Shown here one piece after another: positions 57,846-64,000 of a stretch of 64,000 nucleotides of DNA. The notes below the pieces were generated by a model, which was not told the DNA's origin, searched no databases, and saw only the letters and a list, made by a program, of their open reading frames with translations. Within the stretch, counting starts at the first letter, position 1. Each line of letters starts with the position of its first letter. The stretch comes from a bacterium. Lineage in GTDB: Bacteria > Zixibacteria > MSB-5A5 > GN15 > FEB-12. The DNA lies in contig JBDRNJ010000039.1 of NCBI GenBank assembly GCA_043811375.1, forward strand, positions 79,420 through 143,419, given 5' to 3'. A program made the position numbers and the translations under genes.

Positions 57846-59267
57846 ATGGCTAAGAATAAAGTAAAGATACTGGTCATTGACGATGACCCCAAAGTCTCCT
57901 GGATCCTTTCCGAAGGGCTCTCATCGAAATTCGATTTTGTGTCTGCCCGTGACGGTATCGAGGGCCTTCAAATGGTTTCTACTGAGAAGCCGGAGTTGAT
58001 CCTGCTGGATATCAAGATGCCCGGAATGAACGGAATCGAAGTACTCGAAAAGCTCAATAAGGCTCCCGATCGCCCGGAAGTGATCATGATCTCCGGTCAT
58101 GGTGAGACAGAGTACGTAGTGCAATCGGTCAAACTGGGCGCAGCGGAGTTCGTCAACAAGCCGTTTGATTCCGAGGAACTGGAGATTCATATCAACGGTG
58201 TTCTCGAACGAAGTCGGCTCAAGCGACAGGTAAAACATCTCGAAAGTGAGTTGCAGGCCAAGGGCGGGCAGGAAAACTTTGTTGGTGACTCAACGGCTAT
58301 GCAGAAAGTAAAAGAGATCATTGAGCAGGTGGCCGATTCGGAGTTGACGGTTCTCATTCGAGGAGAATCCGGCACCGGCAAGGAAATCGCCGCCCACCTG
58401 TTGCATCTACAGTCCGGTCGTCGCAAGAAGGCATTCATCAAGGTCAATTGTGCCGCCATTCCGCGTGATCTGCTGGAAGCGGAGCTGTTTGGATACGAAA
58501 AAGGTGCTTTTACGGGAGCTCACAAGACCAAGCAGGGCAGGTTCGAACTGGCCGAAAAAGGGACGATATTCCTCGACGAAATCGGTGATATGCCGCTGGA
58601 ATTGCAATCCAAATTGTTGCAAGTACTCGAACAACAGGAGTTCGTTCGGGTGGGCGGGATCCACAATATCCACGTTGACGTGCGGATCATCTGCGCCACT
58701 AACCGCAACCTGGAAAATGCCATCGAGCAGCAGGGATTTCGAGATGATCTGTTTTACCGGCTCAATGAAATAACGCTGTTTCTGCCGTCACTTCGGGAAA
58801 GGCCGGAAGACATACCACTGCTGGTGAACCATTTCGTCGACAAATACAACAAAGCCTACGGTAGAGAATTCGCTCAGGTATCGCCCAATGTCACCGGCCA
58901 ACTGATTAACTTCTCATGGCCAGGCAACGTCCGCCAACTCGAAAATATGATCAAACAGGCGGTGGTGCGTGGGGACGACTCTATCATGATTGACCTGATA
59001 TCATCAGCCTCGGCTTATATTGCCTCACCACAGACTTCTGTTGCGCAATATGCTGCCGTCCCGGCAATGACCACCCCAGACACATCCGATGGCTATTCTC
59101 TAAAGGCTCGTATTGGCAAGACAGTGGCTGAAGAAGAGAAAAAACTGATCAGCCAGATTCTGACCAAGACAAACTGGAACCGTCGCAAAGCCGCCGACTT
59201 GTTGGAAATAAGCTACCGCTCCCTGCTGTATAAGATCAAAGACTACCGTTTAGACGCCCCGAAATAG
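57846..59267 (+). CDS. Sigma54-dependent response regulator (NtrC/AtoC family)
   Basis: Receiver domain (IDDD, LDIKMP, KPF), GESGTGKE, GAFTGA, FLDEIG, WPGNVRQL, Fis-type HTH. Confidence 0.96.
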   Translation: MAKNKVKILVIDDDPKVSWILSEGLSSKFDFVSARDGIEGLQMVSTEKPELILLDIKMPGMNGIEVLEKLNKAPDRPEVIMISGHGETEYVVQSVKLGAAEFVNKPFDSEELEIHINGVLERSRLKRQVKHLESELQAKGGQENFVGDSTAMQKVKEIIEQVADSELTVLIRGESGTGKEIAAHLLHLQSGRRKKAFIKVNCAAIPRDLLEAELFGYEKGAFTGAHKTKQGRFELAEKGTIFLDEIGDMPLELQSKLLQVLEQQEFVRVGGIHNIHVDVRIICATNRNLENAIEQQGFRDDLFYRLNEITLFLPSLRERPEDIPLLVNHFVDKYNKAYGREFAQVSPNVTGQLINFSWPGNVRQLENMIKQAVVRGDDSIMIDLISSASAYIASPQTSVAQYAAVPAMTTPDTSDGYSLKARIGKTVAEEEKKLISQILTKTNWNRRKAADLLEISYRSLLYKIKDYRLDAPK

Positions 59268-59484
59268 CAGACTCGCTCTTCGATCACTGAATCATAATGC
59301 GGGACCGTGCATTATTTGTGCAGGTCATTGCACATCTACGTTAATTTAATTGATTCAAAGCCGCTGCACTAACAAAGTTTACAATTCGCAATCTTGTTGT
59401 AATGCAACACGATACATGAGTCAAACAACAGGCCGAAAGCAAGTTTAAGAAATATGATAAAATTTTTTACACTTATTACAGTTA

Positions 59485-59500
59485 TGGAATGCCAGTTGCT
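59485..59500 (+). promoter_or_regulatory. Sigma54 -24/-12 promoter
   Basis: TGGAATGCCAGTTGCT with exact GG-N10-GC spacing. Confidence 0.65.
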
Positions 59501-59533
59501 GTTTGATTGTTGAACAATGTAATTGGACTTTGC

Positions 59534-59977
59534 ATGAGTAAGATAAACGAAAAACCGGATGTGGACGTGGAATTTCTTGATCGGGTCGATCTCGAATTAA
59601 AGAGAGCCAAGCGTTATCGCCTTTTTGTGTCTCTTATGGCACTGGATCTTTCGCAGCTCCGTGAAACCGGCAATGGCCCGGGGTTTGGGTCATTGAGTGA
59701 TCTGCTGCAGGTGGTGCAGGACAACGTCCGTATTATGGATAATGTAACGATGTTGGGGGATAAAAATCTGGTCCTGCTGCTGCCGGAAACATCACGGCAG
59801 GGTGCGCAAATTGCCGCTCGGCGATTGACCGATTTGATACGCACCAGCCTTCAGGCTATGATCGGTGAAGCTGTGGACCCGACTATCCCGCTGGAGATGG
59901 CTTCCTTTCCTGATGCCGCCGGGACCAAGTCCATCACTGATTTTCGGCAAGAGTTATCACGGCAGAATATGAAGTAA
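59534..59977 (+). CDS. Stand-alone degenerate GGDEF/nucleotide-cyclase-fold protein
   Basis: ELKRAKRY...SLMALDL, VRIMD, LLLPET...GA..AARRL, ASFP; the GGDEF position reads LGDKN. Confidence 0.72.
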   Translation: MSKINEKPDVDVEFLDRVDLELKRAKRYRLFVSLMALDLSQLRETGNGPGFGSLSDLLQVVQDNVRIMDNVTMLGDKNLVLLLPETSRQGAQIAARRLTDLIRTSLQAMIGEAVDPTIPLEMASFPDAAGTKSITDFRQELSRQNMK

Positions 59978-60133
59978 TTGCCCCTGTTTTTTTTACCTCC
60001 CGTTTTCCCGTAAGATCGTCCACCCCCTCAGGACGATCTTTTGTTTTATACGTAAGATCGGGACGCGCTCTGCCGGATCGGTGGGGCTGATGTTGCTGTC
60101 GTTTCACCAGTCGGTTGGCGAGGGGGCGGCGGG

Positions 60134-60344
60134 CTGGTTGTTTCAAAAGGTGATGATTCAGCTCGCGCAGGGTAGGGGCTTGTCTCCCACCAACAGAAGT
60201 GGCGAGGCCACTGACTTGTACTGGCGTTGCCACCGGCGGACGCAATAAATGTGCCCTCGGCACCCGCTACGCGGAGTTGGAGAATCGCAGTTTCGTTTGG
60301 TGTGGGAAGTGACATAGCCGAAACTTACTTTTTGAGACAGCCCA
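60134..60344 (-). mobile_element. Diverged complete copy of the MITE-like element (family A), reverse orientation
   Basis: Ends GGTTGTTTCAAAAGG / CTTTTTGAGACAGCC; interior is homologous to 48510-48685. Confidence 0.65.
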
Positions 60345-60380
60345 CATCAGGTTCTGCCGGCAGGGACAGAAAAGCACGAA

Positions 60381-60412
60381 TAAAGGCAGGAGCATGTGCA
60401 TATGCTCCTGCC
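60381..60412 (-). terminator. Probable terminator of the minus-strand membrane-protein gene
   Basis: GGCAGGAGCAT-N6-ATGCTCCTGCC followed by TTTATT on the minus strand. Confidence 0.6.
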
Positions 60413-60448
60413 CTGTTCAATTCGAACTTGTTGTCAGGGTACGATTGT

Positions 60449-60874
60449 CTACCGCTGACCGGCGGTCGAGTAGTCGGCTTTCTCGACCTTCTGATCGACT
60501 GGAAACACCGGGCGCTTTTCCGGACCGGAGGCCAGGATCCACACCGCTACAAAGCTGATCGGTGGGAATATCATCAGCACTCCCCAGATAGTCGGTTTCT
60601 CGCGCACCCTGGCTACCTCAGCCCATATCCAGGCGAAGGCAAAGATGTTAATGAAGGGCACCAAGAACAGCAGGAACCAGTACCAGGGCTTTTGAGCCAA
60701 CTGAACGATCTGGAAAAAGTTCAGTATCGGGATGAAACCCCACCAGGCGATGTCGTGGCGACTGACTTTCTGCGCAATCTTATACTGCGCAAAGGCGAAG
60801 TAGAAATAGACGAATGCCATGATCAGCCACATATAGGTGGCCATAGCACCGCCATCGTAAGTTGTTTCGTACAT
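60449..60874 (-). CDS. Small membrane protein (DUF5684-like)
   Basis: YKIAQK...AWWGFIPILN...AQKPWYW..LFLVPFIN; AAGGAGG RBS. Confidence 0.8.
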   Translation of the reverse strand: MYETTYDGGAMATYMWLIMAFVYFYFAFAQYKIAQKVSRHDIAWWGFIPILNFFQIVQLAQKPWYWFLLFLVPFINIFAFAWIWAEVARVREKPTIWGVLMIFPPISFVAVWILASGPEKRPVFPVDQKVEKADYSTAGQR

Positions 60875-61171
60875 GTCCGAACCTCCTTAGTAAGTCCCGC
60901 CGGACAGGGGCGGGGCTGAGAGTTGAAATGGCGTCATTCCTATTTTCGTCCGTTTGGAAGATATTCTTTAGGTCGATATTGAGTTAGCCAACTCGTAGTC
61001 ATACAACCAGATAGCTTCCCGTGCTCGGTTGCGCCGTTCGACCGGAGATACAATCACCACGTAAATGCTTGTCAGTGTCCACCCGGCCGCCTATCCTTAA
61101 CCTTTGGATCGGAGCTATTGAAAAAGCCGGGGGAACCCGGCCACGGAGCAAAGAGAGGAATCGACAACCTG

Positions 61172-62005
61172 ATGAAACAATCGGCTCTCTTTTTGGCAGT
61201 GGCGATGTTGCTTTTATCGATTGGCTGCGGCCCTTCCAAACCCGGAAAAGAAGAAGTCGTCGGTTGTTATCCATACGAAATGAGTGTCCGTGTAGATGAT
61301 CACCAGATGACCGTCAGTTGGCAACAGCGCTGTGATCGACTGATCAGCGGGTACAATATCTATATCAGTGAGACACCATTGGTCGGGCGGTATCCCGGTC
61401 CCGAACTATCAGCCTCTATTACGCCATTCAATGATGAACCCTTTCCGGGTGATACTATGCCTGACGATATCGAACAGTTCATTGCCGAAGGTCTGGACAA
61501 TGGCGTCAAGTACCATGTATCGGTACGGATTGTCTTTCCCGACCGGACTGTATCGGTTCCCTCCAACGAAATGACGGCAGTCTGTGGCCCGCGGGGGATT
61601 ATCGAATTGCCGATTCGCTATAAATCCGCCAACGACGGTTTTGCTTTCACTCGCAACAGCTACGTGGCGGCCGACGACCTGGATAATGATCTCTACTTTT
61701 ACTCCCGTGACGGCATTGATTATTTGGTCGCTCCTGACCGACTCGACGGTTTCCTGAAAGCCAATCGTATGCAATTGCTGCCGTTTCGGGGAGAACTGGA
61801 ACACGTTGCCGGTCAACTGGCCGACCGGCAAGCCGACCCCGGCAGCGACCGGATAGTTATATCCACCGGTGACTGGGTCTATCTGGTCACGCCGGACGAC
61901 ACCCGGGTGCTGGTGAAAGTGCTCGGTGTCAGCGGCGATGGCGACAGGCGCCGGGTGCGACTGTTTTTTGCCTATTGCCCACTGGCCGGGGAGAACGTAT
62001 TCTGA
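61172..62005 (+). CDS. Lipoprotein with a fibronectin type III-like domain
   Basis: Lipobox LSIGC; VSW...GYNIY...GLDNGVKYHVSV...SNE. Confidence 0.75.
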   Translation: MKQSALFLAVAMLLLSIGCGPSKPGKEEVVGCYPYEMSVRVDDHQMTVSWQQRCDRLISGYNIYISETPLVGRYPGPELSASITPFNDEPFPGDTMPDDIEQFIAEGLDNGVKYHVSVRIVFPDRTVSVPSNEMTAVCGPRGIIELPIRYKSANDGFAFTRNSYVAADDLDNDLYFYSRDGIDYLVAPDRLDGFLKANRMQLLPFRGELEHVAGQLADRQADPGSDRIVISTGDWVYLVTPDDTRVLVKVLGVSGDGDRRRVRLFFAYCPLAGENVF

Positions 62006-62125
62006 GGCAGCCGTCAAGCGGCCGCAACGGCCAACCGATATGACGAAACAGACAGCCGTCGGTCGGCAATACAATCAATGTGGAACCGGTCGGCTGAGTT
62101 TTAGCCCGAGGAAGGGAGACAGGTA

Positions 62126-63094
62126 TTGCAGTTTAACAAGGACGTTCTCAAGATAGACGCCGCCGGGGTCACCGATGAACTCTGTCGGACAATAGCCAAC
62201 CAGATTGGCGGCACTCTGAAGAAACGCGGCGCTGTGGTCGGTATCTCCGGCGGGATCGATTCATCGGTATGTCTCGGTCTTTGCGCCCGGGCACTGGGGC
62301 CGCAAAAGGTCTTAGGCGTCATGATGCCGGAAAAGGATTCCTCGCCCGAAAGTGAGACTCTGGCGCGCAAGCTGGCCGATAAGTTCGGGGTTGAAACTAT
62401 CATGGAGCCGATAACCGACGGTCTGGCCGGGATGGACTGTTACCACCGCCGCGACGAAGCTATCAAAAAAGTCTTCCCGGAGTACGACGCCGACAGCTAC
62501 AAGTGCAAGATAACTATCCCGTCGAATATCCTCGAGAAAGATTCGTTCAACTTCTTCACGCTGTCAATTGAAGACGAAGCCGGCCGGGAGAAAACCAGTC
62601 GGATGCCTCTGTCGGTCTACCTGCAGGTGGTGGCGGCCTCCAATCTCAAACAGCGCCTGCGCATGACCACGCTTTATTATTATGCCGAAAAGAAAAACTG
62701 GGCGGTTGTCGGTACCGGCAACAAGGACGAGCACGAACAGGGGTTCTTCGTTAAGTACGGCGATGGCGGCGCTGACCTCAAACCGATTGCCCACCTGTTT
62801 AAGATTCAGGTCTACCAGATAGCCGAAGAGCTGGGTGTCCCCGAAGAAATCCTCAGTCGCACACCGACAACCGATACCTACAGCGCCGAGGTAACGCAGG
62901 CCGAGTTTTTCTTTGGACTCGATTTCTACAATATGGATATGCTCTGGTATGGTCTCGAAAACGATGTGCCCCCGGCCGACGCCGCTAAAGTGCTGAACCT
63001 GTCGGTTGAGCAGGTCGAGCGGGGTTACACCAATATCCGGCGTAAAATTGAGGCGACCGAGTATCTTCGGGCGCACCCGCTGGAGATCAAGTAA
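62126..63094 (+). CDS. nadE: NH3-dependent NAD+ synthetase
   Basis: GISGGIDSS, NLKQRLRM, GFFVKYGDG, PIAHLFK, PTTD; TTG start with AAGGGAG RBS. Confidence 0.92.
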   Translation: MQFNKDVLKIDAAGVTDELCRTIANQIGGTLKKRGAVVGISGGIDSSVCLGLCARALGPQKVLGVMMPEKDSSPESETLARKLADKFGVETIMEPITDGLAGMDCYHRRDEAIKKVFPEYDADSYKCKITIPSNILEKDSFNFFTLSIEDEAGREKTSRMPLSVYLQVVAASNLKQRLRMTTLYYYAEKKNWAVVGTGNKDEHEQGFFVKYGDGGADLKPIAHLFKIQVYQIAEELGVPEEILSRTPTTDTYSAEVTQAEFFFGLDFYNMDMLWYGLENDVPPADAAKVLNLSVEQVERGYTNIRRKIEATEYLRAHPLEIK

Positions 63095-63212
63095 GGAGGC
63101 GGTGCGCCTTACATCCGGATAAACCGGTCACACCCTGCACCATCGCGATGAGTGAGCCGCAGGCGAAGCGACATTGCGATCTGCACACGTATGCTCAGCA
63201 TGATGGCACCGG

Positions 63213-63238
63213 GGCAGATGTGGACATCTGCCACCCAC
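63213..63238. repeat. REP-like palindrome (family C), second copy
   Basis: GGCAGATGTGGACATCTGCCACCCAC; on the minus strand it begins GTGG. Confidence 0.65.
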
Positions 63239-63306
63239 GGAACTCACCGAATGGCACCAGGCCCGCACAATCAAGGTGCGTTTATCTAAAGGTTACCAAG
63301 GAGTTG

Positions 63307-63711
63307 TCAAGGGTATGTGATCACCCATTTAAGACTATCAAGCTGTTTTTTTGAAAGAACCCACCTCTTGAGCATCTTGTCCTCTTCCAGGTAGGCACTC
63401 GGTCGCTGTCCCCTCTCATGCCTGCTGACGAAGTAGTTGTAGTCATATACCATTAGTGTTAACCCCATTTGTTGCTTTAGATTGAAATCGGACCCCACCC
63501 AATTTTCATCCTTTGGATTCAGATAGATGCCTACCATGGCTTGATGCAGAGAACTGTCGGGATATCGTAGGTTCAATAACGTTATGAGTTTTATGTTGCT
63601 GTTATTCCTTAGAAGCAAATCATGCCTAAGTACTTCCATCGAGGGCGGGCAGCCGCTTAACAAAATCCCGACTGTACTTGCAACAAGTACACCTGCCAAC
63701 ACTCCTCTCAT
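63307..63711 (-). CDS. Hypothetical lipoprotein in AT-richer DNA
   Basis: Lipobox LLSGC; start uncertain (63711-63720). Confidence 0.65.
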   Translation of the reverse strand: MRGVLAGVLVASTVGILLSGCPPSMEVLRHDLLLRNNSNIKLITLLNLRYPDSSLHQAMVGIYLNPKDENWVGSDFNLKQQMGLTLMVYDYNYFVSRHERGQRPSAYLEEDKMLKRWVLSKKQLDSLKWVITYP

Positions 63712-63860
63712 TTTCAACACTCCCGAACCTCCTTGAGTTCAGCGTTTTGCTATCAGTATGATGTGTAACGCTTGGGTGGCCCATCCGCTTGGCGGTGGGT
63801 TTCTTCTGGTGCAGACCAGTAACGCATAGTCTCCCACCATGAATAGTGGGCCACCGGACG

Positions 63861-64000
63861 GTATAAACCGGGAACATAGGTAACAGACTAGACCGTAAAC
63901 ATAGGTAACAGGTTAACTTACGGTACGACCCAAGGAGGTGTTCAGTGCCGTGGAAAGAGACCTGTACAATGGATCAACGGATGAAGTTTGTAATTCGTTA
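63861..64000 (+). mobile_element. Left end of an IS481-family insertion sequence; transposase starts at 63945 and runs off the window
   Basis: Direct repeat AACATAGGTAACAG at 63873 and 63898; AAGGAGG RBS; GTG start giving MPWKETCTMDQRMKFV. Confidence 0.75.

Noticed and set aside
60227..60919. 230-aa plus-strand ORF
   Set aside because: Overlaps the MITE-like element and is antisense to a membrane-protein gene with a strong RBS

Overview
A ~57% GC (visual estimate) bacterial chromosomal window from a Gram-negative, LPS-making anaerobe. The ileS-dksA-lspA order and secreted proteins ending in 'DVGDLTYLVxYLFxGGxxP' dockerin-like domains suggest an FCB-group organism, most likely Zixibacteria (inference). 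The centrepiece is a contiguous reductive-type dissimilatory sulfite reduction cluster, dsrABD-N-L-C-T-MKJOP. It is followed by a separately promoted operon: a CoA-disulfide/persulfide reductase-rhodanese fusion plus siroheme pathway genes (hemA, sirC-like, cobA/hemD, hemB). Other content: an AftA-like arabinofuranosyltransferase, a serine palmitoyltransferase + GNAT ceramide-synthase-like pair, two large dockerin-bearing surface proteins, a znuACB operon headed by a ribbon-helix-helix/Cys-rich regulator with a perfect palindromic operator, minor pilins PilV/W/X, and a Zn-ribbon + Hel308/Ski2-like helicase-wHTH operon with a LexA-like box in its promoter. It also holds a Lon homologue with a degenerate ATPase but intact protease site, tRNA-Lys(TTT), a kdsA-kdsC-kdsD-lpxL-lptC operon, a KamA radical SAM gene, a sigma54 activator with a candidate target gene, nadE, several REP/MITE-like repeat families and the left end of an IS481-family element. 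All calls come from motif recognition by eye; no searches were run.
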